64,000 nucleotides of DNA, taken from Carcharhinus longimanus. Lineage: Eukaryota. Shown here piece by piece: positions 12,771 through 25,782 of this stretch (the first letter of the stretch is position 1; the number at the start of each line of letters is the position of its first letter). Below the pieces are notes generated by a model, which did no database searches, had not been told where the DNA came from, and saw nothing but the letters and a program-made list of their open reading frames with translations. Position numbers and translations under genes: made by a program. The stretch spans positions 21,675,632 to 21,739,631 of the forward strand of contig JASCQW010000148.1 of assembly GCA_030264375.1 (NCBI GenBank), in the 5' to 3' direction.

Positions 12771-15700
12771 AAAGAGATAATAACTAAGTAAGGGAGATAA
12801 TAACAACTGTTGCATTTAGCCAATGCAATCCTCAGCAACTTGGACAAGTTAGAATCAGGTATAGATTATGCTGGTACTGTTAGACTAAAGGAAGTTTTAA
12901 ATGCTACAAGCACAATTTTGCAATTTACTTTACAATTGATTAAATGTTCTGCAGTAAAATAAGGAACTTGACTATAACAAAATAACTGAACTCAATGATT
13001 GGAACTTTTTGTTTTAAAGTTTAGTACTTAGTCTGTTAAACTGCTCCCTTTATTTTAAAGTATTTTGTTCTTAGATTGTGAAATTCACACATTTTTCCAA
13101 CCTATCGTCCAAAGGAAAATTCATTCAATGTCTCCAAGGAGGGTTTTTTCACTTATGCAAAATGATTCCACAATAATTATCTACAGGTAATCAAGTCTTT
13201 TTTGTGCAACATAGAACGGATGGTCAGTAAAATGTAAATTGTTCGTGAAGAGATTGACACCAGAATTCCCTTAATTTAAAATTTAATGCAATTAAGGAAA
13301 AAACTGCAAGTTTTTCAAAAATTATACAATTCTGCTGACTTTTCAGTTCCCTGTCAGGTATGTTGATCAGCGGCTGTGGTATGATACTGGCAGCAATTCA
13401 TGTTGTACCTACGTTATCTCTCATTACCAGGAACTGATCTAGCTCCAGCAAATATTGTTTTTGTGGTTTTGCGAGCTTGGCTCTGAGCTTTAGTTTGTTA
13501 TTTGTGTATGTGAGTCAAGCAGTGGACTGTGCTTTTGTTCCCATATGTGTACACATTTGTCAGTTCACTTTACTTCTGTATTAGACTGGCCACAGCAAAT
13601 GAGATTGATGCTAAAGTCTACGGAAAGTAGTAGGTGTACACAAAGTTACAATGAAACTGGAATGCACACACACAACTAGAGTGAGGAATATACTTAAGCA
13701 AGAGCAATAGACACATAACTGAAGCTGACTAATTGATTTTCTTACTATTATTAATTTGTATTATTTGACTAATTCAAATTTTCTTTAACATTTTTATTTG
13801 ATTAATTTACCAGCTGCTTTGGAATATAGAAAGTATTTATTTGCAAAAGTGAAGAGATGGCAATAAAACTGCATTGAATACTAATGTGGCTTCATGCCAT
13901 CAAGTTTGTTGAAGCCCATACGTAGGTTAGTGCAGCTGAAAGGTGCAACTTTATAAAATGCAAATTAGTTTCCATAAGTAGCAATAGGTATACAAGCTGC
14001 AAAATCTGACCGCAAAATATTTTTCCAATGCAGAATTGCATAGTTTATTAGAAGCTGAAGACAGTAGTTATAATATTTTAAAGCTTTCCTATGCAGATGA
14101 TGAGACGAGCTGTTTTTCATCATTTGTCAACTGCTTAACACATCTGCCAACGTTATCCTGGTGTGCACAAGCAAGACAGGATTTTAAAAATGCATGCATG
14201 TGGATTAGGGTCAAGCCCTGTATTTTTCTAATACAGCAGGTTCGCTGATACAACTGCAGAAGTAGATCTAACCAACAGCAGTGAGATGCCTTAATTGAGA
14301 CATGCTGTCAAAGTGACAAACACATTTGCATAAAGTGTATTTATTTTCACTGTAACGGTCTGCAGTTTGCTGTTGGTTGAACATTCTTAATCAGCTTTCT
14401 CTAACCGAGCCTGCTGAAAGCTGTCCTATACACTGTGCTCTTCTACATTGCGTGACAGTTTGTCTAAAGGGGGAAGGGACAGAAAGTTGGAATTTTTATG
14501 CTGCTGTTTTTGCCATTTTTCTATTAAATCAGCAGGCACATTTACAACCCAAATGCCAGTGGACTTGTTTGCTTGGAGAGAGCACATGAAGAAGGAATGC
14601 TATTACTATTGCCTTTACCTCGCATCTATACATATAGCTGAAAACTGTGACTGTTGAAAACAGTTTTCCATCCTGCAGGTCTGTCGTATGTGTTGTGATC
14701 TGCATATCAATATTCTTTGAAAATTAGACATCGCCTTTCAAAAAAGAGACGAGCTTCAAGAAAATGGGTGCTCACACTTCAGGGAGAATATGGGCAATAA
14801 ATAGCTTACCTTTTACCATTTGATTCAGCAATCTCCAGTGCATGTGTATTGTGGAACAGTAAGGTAGCGACTTTGTTTGGCCTTTGAAAAATATTTTAGC
14901 CAAATAGTTCAGGGTGTACCCACTCCAGTTTTGGAGCCATAATTATCTTCAACAATATTTTACTAATTGATATGAGGTCTGGGAAATTTCATGACTGAAA
15001 TACAGAATTTCATCAGCAACTTGTTTAGAATTACCTACTTCAGCATAAAATGATCCCTAGGTGTCTTGTAACTTAATTCTTTTTCTCCTGGCCAATCCCC
15101 AGTTGAGTTCCACCTCAAAAGAGCAGTACACTTTAGATGCTACTATTGTAGGTTATTAATACAGTGGTCGAATTCCACACTTCCATAAAGCAAAACAAAA
15201 ATCATTTGGAGGAGGAGATGTACTCGACAGTGACAAAACTGTAGAGGATCAACTGGATGTGGTCTCCCTCAAGTGCTATTCACACACTGAAGAGCTAATG
15301 TTGACTTATCTCAACCACATCTGATAAATAAATGAACTTTGGGGGCTTCCTGTGAGAGGAGGTTATGAGGGAATTCTCCCCTAACGAGGGTAAAATGGAA
15401 GGTTCAGTCATCACTGAGTTGTTACAGCTCTTGTGTTCAACTTGAATCTAATAATATAATGGTTCTCAGAACCCTCCTATCTGACCCTATGATCTCTAAT
15501 CTGGATAATATCTATTCTTGTGGCACTGTTAAACTAGTGTCATTCAGGAAGGTCAGTTAATGCAATTCCTTGAAGAGGTATCTTCACATTTCATTGCACT
15601 CATTTTGAGCATTACCCATGGTTGTATCTCAAACCATGTGGTTGAGGAGATAACAATTATTATTTGAGTCCAACAAAGGTCACAGACTGAGCTATTGCTA

Positions 15701-16039
15701 ATGAATTACACTGTGTTTACTGCCTTTTAACTGGAAGCCAATAGTTTTTATTAATCAAATTCAGTGATATGGGAGAACGAGAGAGGCCAGCGTGTGTGTT
15801 ACAGATGTGGGATTATACAGCAATTCAGATGAATACACTTCATTGAAAACTGCCTTGTTAAAAGAATGTTTCCATGATGTTAATGACATGAAACTCATCC
15901 TAGGAACCATTGAGTTATATCAAAATGGCAACATGTAGTGTTATTTGGGGGTCTCATGACAACCCTGAAAATAATGCATACCTGACTGCAGAGGGGAGGG
16001 TAACTCTGTGCCTTGTGGCTTTTCAGTGACATTGTTATT

Positions 16040-16890
16040 GTGATGGTATTAGTATGACAATACTGTGCCTTTAAGAAATGTGTTTGAGTCATGTGCATGT
16101 GCAGGATCTGTTGTGACAGATCTTGATAGAACATTTGTTTTAATTTGAAATAAAGCTGTTCTGCTGTTTTGAGTGTTTTCCCCTGGGATTTTGCAGAGGG
16201 GGACTTAATTGGGAAGATTTATAGGTACGATCATGTGATGGGGTGAATCTAGGCTTACACAGAATATTCAAACTTTGATGCTGCTTTTAAGTTGAGAGTG
16301 CTCTCTCTCAAGTTGGAGACTGGAATCTGCCAAGAGATAAGTCTCTTTCTTGGAGATTCTTTTGTATGAGAGTGGATCTTTCTCTGTGAGTTGCTATTTT
16401 AGAAGCTGCAGAGAGAGAGGTATCACTTTCTGTCTCTGACACCTGGAGAGTGGATGCTGCCAGAGACGAACTTTACTTCTCTGAAGTTTTGCTGTTTTGA
16501 AGATTCATCCTTCTCGGGAAACTGCTATCTGGATCTCTGTCCAGAAGTGTTAAAGGCTGAAAATCCAACACCATGCGAGCATACTTGTTTTTGTAGTAAC
16601 TAATTCTGAAGAAGGGTGTTATGTCTATGGAATACTGCTAAAATTGGAACAATAGAGATAGCTAGTTGTTAAACATTATATTTTGTCATGTTTAAGTATT
16701 TTAATTGGTAGAAGCTATGATAATTATTTTTGTTATAATCTAATTGTATTCTTAAATAAAGTTTGTTTTGATAAAAAGCTTCCAAGTGGGCCACTTGTAT
16801 CGTACCTGGAGTGAACCACCTTATGCTCACCCTAATGCCAAAATCAAATGTAAAACTTAGAGTCTAGGTACACTTCATAATGCACCTTGT
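16040..16890 (+). mobile_element. Solo LTR-like repeat
   Basis: TG start and internal AATAAA (~16756). Its 3' part is the diverged reverse complement of 24657-24810. Confidence 0.6.
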
Positions 16891-17699
16891 TACAACCCAT
16901 TGAGTCCATTATGAATACTTAGCTGCGTTTCAAAAGCTCCAACCACTTATCTCAGAAGGGAAGGCTGAGTTCACGTTTTAATTAACAATTTTAAGTGGCT
17001 ATTGAAGAATTAGTTATCTGATGTGGTGAGTGAACAGAATTTTTTTTAGCATCAAATTGATCACTGAGGGAATGAAAATTTTTCAAATGAGTTCCATGAT
17101 TGGAAGTTTTTTTATGCGTATGAGCAGGAACTTCCTTAGATTAACATGGATAATGTTTTAGTGGCTGTGGAGATAGCATAGGGGGTGAGAGACTTTAGGG
17201 TTGGATAGGGTGGGGAAGATGGCCTAACATCCTTTAGAGCAAAAGAGCTGAATTCTCAGAAAACTTAAGCAAGCCTTCTGACCAGCTCACCTCATCAATC
17301 ATCCATTTATATGGCCACTGGATTCCCTTACATACCCATCTGTCCAGAACAGACATGTGGTGGATGTGACTCTTAGAAGAGTCATGTCTGCCAAGCTGGG
17401 AGATTTTTCGAGTCACGTTTTCCACCTCAATGACAAAATATTGACCCAACATTTCAGGTTGTTGACTTTTCAACAGAACTTCAGACAAAACATCTGCAGT
17501 ACTTTGCAGTGTACAAAATTTACAGTTCTAATCAATCAAGAGTGGGTTAGTTACCAGATTATGCAATTTGTAAATTGTCAGCAGTTCAAATGTGTCTATG
17601 TCACACTCATACTCTATGGCAACTCTTAAATTTACAGCTCACTTATTTTCTGAGATTGTTCTTTTTAATCAAAATATCTTTTGTCTAACTGAAGTTTAA

Positions 17700-17828
17700 G
17701 GGTGGGATTTTCTGGCCATGCTTGCCCCAAGACCAGAAAATCCTGCCTGAGGTCAATGGACATTTGCATGCTCCACACCCCCCTGTCACCAAGATTCCCA
17801 TGGTGTGCGTGACCAGCAAATTCTGCCC
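17700..17828. mobile_element. ~130-bp MITE-like element
   Basis: Termini gggtgggattttctgg and ccagcaaattctgccc are imperfect inverted repeats. Related copies lie at 25555-25682 and 58578-58703. Confidence 0.65.
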
Positions 17829-17907
17829 TAAAAGCCTTTCTAAAATTCAGGTAATCAAAGTGTTATCTTTCAAAATTCTACTGTTAATCATTTTTTCAAC
17901 TCACAAG

Positions 17908-18218
17908 GCTGCACGGTGGCACAGTGCTGAACACTGCTGCCTCACAGCGCCAAGGACCTGGATTCAAATCTCAGCTTGGGTCACTGTCTGTGTGGAGTTT
18001 GCACATTCTCCCGGTGTCTGTGTGAATTTCCTCTGGGTGCTCCGGTTTCCTCCCACAGTCCAAAGATGTTTGGTTAGGTGGATTGGCCAAGCTAAAATGC
18101 CTCCTTAGTGTCAGAGGATCTAGCTAGGGTAAATGCATGGGGTTATGGGGATTGGGCCCAGCTGAGATTATGGTTGGAGCAGAGTAGATGGGCTGCACTT
18201 CAACACTGTAGGGATTCT
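17908..18218 (+). mobile_element. tRNA-derived SINE, HE1-like
   Basis: Runs gcacggtggcacagtg...ggattcaaatc...gtggagtttgcacattctccc...cactgtagggattctat. Confidence 0.88.
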
Positions 18219-18921
18219 ATATCGAGTGTAAACCTTTCATGTTTTTTAGGCAATAGATGTTATGTCAAAATATTCTTTTTAGAGCTGGATATTCTACGTA
18301 GATTCCAATTTTTCTGTACTGAGTATCTTTCGTAAATTCTGTTTTTTTTTAATGTTTCTCTATTGCATATATGAAAAATTACTGAATTTTGTGCAACTGT
18401 AATTAATTCACAGTATTCACCAAGTAACCACAATCTTATATTTTAAAATAAATACATTGGCACATAAATAAGATTGCATTTCTCAAAGGACCTGTCTCTG
18501 ATGACCTCTGAACACATGCAGCATATTGTCATAGTTAGAGAGCATCCCAGCAGTAAATACTCAAAACTGAAAGTAATACAACAGACTGTGCAACTGAACT
18601 CAGACTGCTTCTGGCTCGCTCCCAATCCACATCTCTGGAGTCATCCATTATTATTATATAATCCTTGACTGAAGGTTTCTTTGGTTGTTGGGCTTTTCAT
18701 CAAAAATATTTACCATCTGTTATTCTTATAACATGGAGAACACTTCACATTTTAATTTTCAAAGTACATGTTTATTTAAGTTTTGTTAGTGAAGTTCAAG
18801 AGCAAGTTAATTCTGAATGGAGATATCCACATAGACAACTAAAGATATGATAAAGTAAGTATGTTTTCAGAAGCAGCTTGAAGGAGGCAAGAGAAGTTGA
18901 AAGTTATGAGAGGAATTTGCC

Positions 18922-18959
18922 AACCCTAACCCTAACCGTAACTCTAACTCTAAACCTAA
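18922..18959. repeat. Short degenerate interstitial telomeric tract (CCCTAA)6
   Basis: Reads aa ccctaa ccctaa ccgtaa ctctaa ctctaa acctaa: six in-register hexamers, two perfect. Confidence 0.7.
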
Positions 18960-21199
18960 TGCAAAGGAAATTAGGGCTGCACAAAAAATCAGAATTGGAG
19001 GGGTTCAGTGTTCTTGGAGTGCTGTAGGTTGGGAGGAGATTGCAGAGGGAGGCTGAGGCGGGACAAGGGATGGATTTGTAAACAATTTTGAACTCAAACC
19101 GTTCTTGAACCTGGAGTCAAGGCAAGTGTATGAATATTTGATACTGAGAGTTATATTTGTTTAATCAACTGTAAGATCTTTCAAAAATGGTGGTTGACTT
19201 TTTTTTCTACAGGTGTTGGAATGGAATATTTCCTGCCCCTTTTAGATTCTGATTTTTATTTGAAGGGCTAAGTGATCGAAGCATAGTGTCCTGGCATCTT
19301 TTGTAAATTGATCTCTTTTGAAAATTATCGTAACCAGTAAAGGCAAGTCCTATTCGTAACTTTTAAAATGAGCTGTAATTGATTTGGAGTTGCTTGGAAC
19401 TGCCTTTTTTTAAAAATGGGCATTAAAACGCTGCAAAAGTTGGCTGACGAGAGTCACCTGACTTGTTCTGTAGATTTTAGTTACCTGAAAAGGACAAAAT
19501 AAACACCTTGTAGGATTTGATTTATTATTGTCACATACATACAGTGAAAAGCTTTGTTTCTTGTGAGTTGTACAGACAAAGCATACCATTCATAGAGAAG
19601 GAAACGAGAGAGTGTGGAATGTAATCTTACAGTCATAGCTAGGGTGTGGAGAAAGATCAGTTTAATGCAAGGTAGGCCTATTCAAAAGTCTGGTGGTAAC
19701 AGGGAAGAATCAATCCTCTCCCAAAACCATCCACAAGAGTTTCTTGACTTGAATGAATCTTTTCTGAACAAAAGATGGTGGTTGTCTCAGATCGCCACAA
19801 TGAATGTCTGCACACAAAAACCCAAGTTGTGGCTAATTAACTTCAGCCCAGCACCANNNNNNNNNNGAAAAATCCTTAAGGAATCTCTGCAGAACTATGA
19901 CTGCAGAGACAGCAGCAGAAAGGACAGCAACATCTGTTACTTTAAGATTAGGAGACTAGAACATCTTCAGGTCTCCAAACCTGTTCCTTCTCAGGTCAAC
20001 CAGCAGTCAGCTCCTGGTAATAAGAAGTAACTAACATCATCACCTGCTGAAAATCCATTTCTTCGAAGGAATCCTTCAGTAATCCAAATGTGTGACTACA
20101 GTGAATGAAACCATTTACATGCCCTTCAGGGGTGAAAACCCTGAATTCTTCACTAGGCATGCAATGCTTCTTTTTTTGACCAGACGAACCACATGTGAAT
20201 CATGACTTGAAAAAATGCACTCTTTTAATCTTTAGTATTCCTCGAGTACATGTGAGAGTGGTAAGTGAGATAGCATTAGACGTTTGGAGTCCTTTATTTG
20301 AACCCACCAATAGCTGGTTACTCAAATTGACCACACTTTTGGGGTCAGAAACACACACATCTTCCTTTTCAAAAGGCACACTGATTACGGATAGTGAAGG
20401 AAGGGAACGGTTTCAATTTTCTCTCTTCCCTGTCTGTAATAGAATGGTTAAAGTGAGCATCTGCATAAGGGAATGTAACTATACTTACTGTTATGAAATA
20501 CCAAGAAAAATCAGATGAACATCTGGCATGTGCAAATTCTTTGTTGGCTTATGATAATTGGATATATGAAACTGCTGGTCGGTGGAAGAAATAATATTTT
20601 CAATGAAAGGTACTTCCTTTTTTACATGTCCCCTGATCAGAGATTTAAGAAAAATATTATCTGTCAGAATAATCCTCTCTGAAATGTGCTTTTGTGGAGT
20701 TCCATTACTTGCATATATAAGATAGGCCGATAAGCTCTGTTAATATTGGACGGAGGTTACTTACATATTGTTTCTGCTAAATGTGGTTGAATACCTCATG
20801 ATTATGATGTTAAGATTGATCAAATGACTTCTGTTCAGCAACATGCTTGTGTTTTTTTTAAAATTTCAAAAATTATCAAATAACCAGTTTGCCTATGTGG
20901 CTTTGAGAAAGGAATATTATGAACAAATGAAATATGTTTGTTTTTGTCAAGAAGGCAATTTTTAAGAGGTGTATAAACTTGCATAATAGGATAAATCCAC
21001 TGATCACATGCTCCCTGTGGGATGGCTATGCTTGAAGAATTGCCTATATCTGATCCACAGTCAGTTTAATTGTGGGCTTTGCAAATTTACACTGATATCT
21101 CATCATCAATGCAAAGAATGATGAATGTTAGACAGGGTAATGTTGAATGAATGAATTCATATTATATCTTGAGTAATATCCTTCTTACACTCAAAATTG

Positions 21200-21340
21200 C
21201 AGCACCATTGGTGGCCGTGCCTTCAATTTGCTATTCCCCAATCTCTGGAATTCCTTCCAGACACATTTCTCTACTTTGCGTTCCTCCTTTAAGACACTTC
21301 TTAAAATCTTCATCTTTGATCAAACGTTTGGTCATCTACC
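21200..21340 (+). mobile_element. L2-like LINE 3' fragment
   Basis: caccattggtggccgtgccttc...ctctggaattcc...ctcctttaagacacttcttaaaa...tttgatcaa resembles an L2 ORF2 end. Confidence 0.55.
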
Positions 21341-21532
21341 CTCATGGACAGAATTTCATGTATTTAGTAGGTTCAGCTGTCTGGTTGAAGAAGCAACCAG
21401 TGAGCTGATGGAGTATCTGAAAGGCACTTAACTGGCCCATTTCAGGCCTTCCCCAGAAGTAGAAATCAGAGGCCGGTAGCTCCCCATTACAGGAAACATC
21501 ACCAGCTAAGATATTTGCCTCAGGTAGTGCAC

Positions 21533-21934
21533 NNNNNNNNNNNNNNNNNNNNNNNNNNNNNNNNNNNNNNNNNNNNNNNNNNNNNNNNNNNNNNNNNNNN
21601 NNNNNNNNNNNNNNNNNNNNNNNNNNNNNNNNNNNNNNNNNNNNNNNNNNNNNNNNNNNNNNNNNNNNNNNNNNNNNNNNNNNNNNNNNNNNNNNNNNNN
21701 NNNNNNNNNNNNNNNNNNNNNNNNNNNNNNNNNNNNNNNNNNNNNNNNNNNNNNNNNNNNNNNNNNNNNNNNNNNNNNNNNNNNNNNNNNNNNNNNNNNN
21801 NNNNNNNNNNNNNNNNNNNNNNNNNNNNNNNNNNNNNNNNNNNNNNNNNNNNNNNNNNNNNNNNNNNNNNNNNNNNNNNNNNNNNNNNNNNNNNNNNNNN
21901 NNNNNNNNNNNNNNNNNNNNNNNNNNNNNNNNNN
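21533..21934. other. Assembly gap; others at 19857-19866, 24534-24543, 25683-25782, 53033-53132 and 57116-57215
   Basis: Runs of N, mostly flanked by repeat sequence. Confidence 0.99.
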
Positions 21935-22222
21935 CCTAAATCCAGTACTAAATTTCAGAGGGCTCAAGGACAACTGGTGTCAATTGGTTTAATAATGAAC
22001 CCAGTTTACAAACTGCTATGAGCGGATGAGTTTTCCCCTGTACGCCCATTCCACCTCCAGTTTAACCAAGAAACTGATGTCTGGCCTTTCCCAATATTAG
22101 GTGAGCCCAGCCACTGTTTCCCACCACAACAGCTACATTAAATCCAGTATTTCCTTATGTGACTTAGTGTCATATTTAGTTTCATAATGCTCTTAAAAGG
22201 CTCCTTCCATTGTTTTAAAGAC

Positions 22223-22283
22223 GCTATATAAATATAAGCTGTTGCTCTATAAATATAAAGCTAATGCTATATAAATATAAGCT
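22223..22283 (+). repeat. Three tandem ~21-bp units (gctatataaatataagct), probably a reiterated L2-type tail
   Basis: Units at 22223-22240, 22244-22262 and 22266-22283, preceded by ttaaagac as in L2-type 3' ends. Confidence 0.6.
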
Positions 22284-23231
22284 TACAATTCTAAGACGTA
22301 AGAAGGGTTTAAATGATGTATGAAGCACATAACTTGTCAACGGCCAACAATGTATACAGTTCTTGTAAACCTTCCTAGAGAATACTAATACTGCCCCTCC
22401 AAAAGAGTAAAGCTCAATAGCCTGCCTCTCAGACAACCCTTTATTGAGTTGAAAGCTGTTTAAATATTGCCTGACTTATCTTTTTCAGTTCTGGACTCTA
22501 CATGAAAATAATTTCGGATGGAGTTATGCTCTTCAAGCCTGGGCTCAACGTTTCTGACTGATCACATGCACTGAGCGCTTAGATATTGATTATGGTCACA
22601 TTGGGTGCCATTCCTGACTAAACAAGGCATTTTTCTTGTCTCTCCAACTTCATTTTTTTATAAATCTTGCCTTTTTTAACTTGCCTTTTCCAGTCGCCCA
22701 GAAAGAAGCAAAGGAGTACTTTGGGGAGCTTATTAAGAGATCCCTAGTGCCGTGAAAATGTTCTAACCTATAATGTGTTTCATCAATTAAAAATGAAAAA
22801 TTCTGTGTGAACGATATTCAACCTAGCTTTCTGAGCAAAAGTGATGTGAGGGTGCAAGTTCTTAGCGCTCTAACAATGGGGTAATTAATTACAATTTTAA
22901 AAATAATTTTGTGAATTAACATAGTCCTAAAGTTGGGAAAGCACCAGAACAATGTTGAGAATTTCACTTATCCTGGAAAAGCCATAAGGCATTGTATGGG
23001 AACCGATGAGGAATTCCTTTATGTTCTAGTGCATGGATTGGAATATATCCACACATCAGCTTGACAGGAACATAAAGATGGAAATCATTTAATTTTTATT
23101 TGTGACAGTGCATGTAAGGCGTGGGCTGAGATGACACTGGTAAAACCTCTTTGTAATAATCTTAGCAAGGCCAGTCTTCCATCATCGTCGCTCTTTATTT
23201 ATGACAAGCTGAAAGCGCAGTTAGCGGCAAC

Positions 23232-23530
23232 ATATAAACTAGGAGCAGATCTAGGCCATTCAGCCCTTCATGCCTGCTCTGCTATTCTTAGTAATCATGG
23301 CTGATCATCAAATTCAAGATCCTTATCCTGTCTCCTCCCCCAGTATTCCTTGATCTGTTTAGCCCCAAGAGTTAGACCTAATTTCTTCTTGAAATCAGAC
23401 AAGATTTTGGCCTCAACTACTTTCTGTGGTAGTGAATTCCACACATTCACCAACCTCTGGGTGAAGAAATTTCTCCTCACCTCAGCCCCAACCTCAAACT
23501 ATGACCTCCCCCCTCGTTCTGGACCCCTCA
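23232..23530 (-). mobile_element. CR1 LINE 3' end fragment
   Basis: ORF 23295..23480 RRNFFTQRLVNVWNSLPQKVVEAK..FKKKL is the CR1 ORF2 C-terminus. Confidence 0.9.
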
Positions 23531-24002
23531 ATGTGTCAGGTGACTGAGTAATTCTGGCCTTCCCCAGCTGCTGGAGTAACCAAATTATACCAAATAATGC
23601 CTGCGTCAAACAGATCAGCCTGGTGACTCATCTATTCAAATCAGGGTTATTTAAAAGCAGAAGGGGCCTTTCTGTCAAATAATTCCCAAGCAGTGCTTCT
23701 CTGCCAGTTACCTAGGTACCAGGTTTTAGTCACATGGATAGTTTGGGAAACCAGGATTGTTTAAAGAGAACGCGTAATGATGCACTTTTCCACAATTCAT
23801 CAGTAAACACAAAAGCTATTTATTAATAAGAATTGTACAGCATCCTGGTAGCCATAGCTACCTCCCCAAAATGTCTCTTGCCATAGGGCCTCTCTCGCCA
23901 TGAGGTGATTCCAAAAGATTGGTCACACAGACAATGCGACTCTTACTCTGCCATATTTCTCTCAAAGGGACAATCAGCGCAGAAGCCAGAAAAACCCTAC
24001 AG

Positions 24003-24320
24003 AAATGCTGAAGGAGGCTACTCAGCCCATCAAGTCTGCACCAACTCGCCAAAGGAGCACTCTACCTAGGCCCACTCCCCCACACCATATTCCCGCAACC
24101 CTGCGCATTTACCCTGGCCAATCCACCAAACCTGCACATCCTTGGACACCAAGGGGCAAATTAACATGGCCAATCCATATTAACATACACATCTTTGCAC
24201 TGTGAGGGAAAATTGGAGCACCCAGAGGAAACCCACGCAGGCACAGGGAGAACGTGCAACTTCCACACAGACAGTGACCCCGGGCCGGATTCAAACCCGG
24301 GTTCATGACTCTGTGAGGAA
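24003..24320 (-). mobile_element. tRNA-derived SINE, HE1-like
   Basis: Minus strand reads gggtttgaatcc...gtcactgtctgtgtggaagttgcacgttctccc and ends in a CR1-type tail. Confidence 0.85.
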
Positions 24321-24629
24321 AAAGGAGACTGATCAAGGTGTGCAAGATAAAAACAAGTTTATATAGGGTATACAAATGTGCAAGGTCGAGAGGACACCCT
24401 TTTAAGGTTTTGAGAAAGAGATGTGGTGGAGGAGAGGGTGGGGAGTTTGGGGGGGGGTGCTGCAGAATGTGAAGAAGATTTTTTTTAACACAGCAAGTGG
24501 CAAAGACCTGGAATTTGCTGCCGATGAGAGTAANNNNNNNNNNAATATCACAGTATCATGTAGTGTTAGTGGTACCACAGTGTTAGGTAGTACCAGTAGT
24601 ACCACAGCATCAGTCCAAAGTGCTGGTTG

Positions 24630-25476
24630 GTATGATGCATTAATTCAGGTAAGAAACTCCAAAGTGTTTTATGAAGTCTGCCTGGATCATAAATTTTGCG
24701 GTTTGAATTTGGCTAGGGTGAGCATAAGATATTTCACTTCAGGTATGATTCAAATGACCCACTAGGGAGCTTTTCTCAAACAAAATTTATTTAAGAATAT
24801 AGTTAACATGCATAGAAAGAAAATTAGCAATAACTTTTACCAATTACAAACAAAAAAGCCAACCATGATATAACATTAGCAGTAAATACCATTCCAATGA
24901 AACAAATGCCATAAACAAAACCTTTCCTACAGGTTTAATACAGCAAGGATTAATGCTCATGTGATACTGGATTTAGTCCTTTGGTTGAATGCTGCAGTTG
25001 TCTTGGGGTACATGAAGACAAGCTTGGAATCAGAATAGTTTCCCAAAACACCAGAGAGAGAGAGAAGGACTCTAGGCAAGCTAACCACCAATAGCAGATA
25101 TTCCACTCTTGGAGAGCCAAGAAGCCTTGCTTCCAGCTAACAGAAGAATTCCCAAAGCCAGGCAGATAGAGAAACATTTCTTTTCAGCTTGATGTTCACA
25201 CCCTTTCTAAACTAAAATTAAAAATGGATCCTTAGATATTTTCTTATGGAGGAACCACCTGGCTTTGATTTGTCAATCAATCTTTACTCCCTCCTCTCAC
25301 AATGCAGGGTCATATCAGATCCCAGAGTAAAAATAAACAAAACCCCTTTTAAGCCACTGAAGTAGCAAGATAGTGACTTCTAGCAGACAGCCTGGCAACA
25401 ATGCAATCAAAACTACTTTCAGCTACAGAGGATATGATTTTTAAAAAAGACTTGTGAAAGGTACACTAAAGTCACA
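24630..25476 (-). mobile_element. Solo LTR-like repeat, same family as 16040-16890
   Basis: agggtgagcataag...cccactagggagctttt...caaaatttatttaagaata mirrors 16748-16835. Confidence 0.6.
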
Positions 25477-25554
25477 ATGAGATGATACAAATCATGGATT
25501 TCCAACAGAAATTTAGAAAGGGCAGTTCTCCCAGCACTGGGGGTTTGTAACTCT

Positions 25555-25682
25555 GGGTGGGACATTCCGGCTGTGCTCACCCCAAAACCAGAAAATCCCA
25601 CCCAAGGTCAGTGGACCTTTGCATGGCCCATCCTGTCCCTGCTCACTGTGATTCCCATGGCAGGTGGGATGGGAAAACTACC
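25555..25682. mobile_element. ~130-bp MITE-like element abutting a gap
   Basis: Colinear with 17700-17828 (accagaaaatcc..aggtca.tggac.tttgcatg...gattcccatgg). Confidence 0.65.
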
Positions 25683-25782
25683 NNNNNNNNNNNNNNNNNN
25701 NNNNNNNNNNNNNNNNNNNNNNNNNNNNNNNNNNNNNNNNNNNNNNNNNNNNNNNNNNNNNNNNNNNNNNNNNNNNNNNNNN

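Noticed and set aside
21506-22021. Long ORFs on both strands
   Set aside because: They are artefacts of reading through an N gap; the ORFs at about 25.6, 52.9 and 57.1 kb likewise span gaps.
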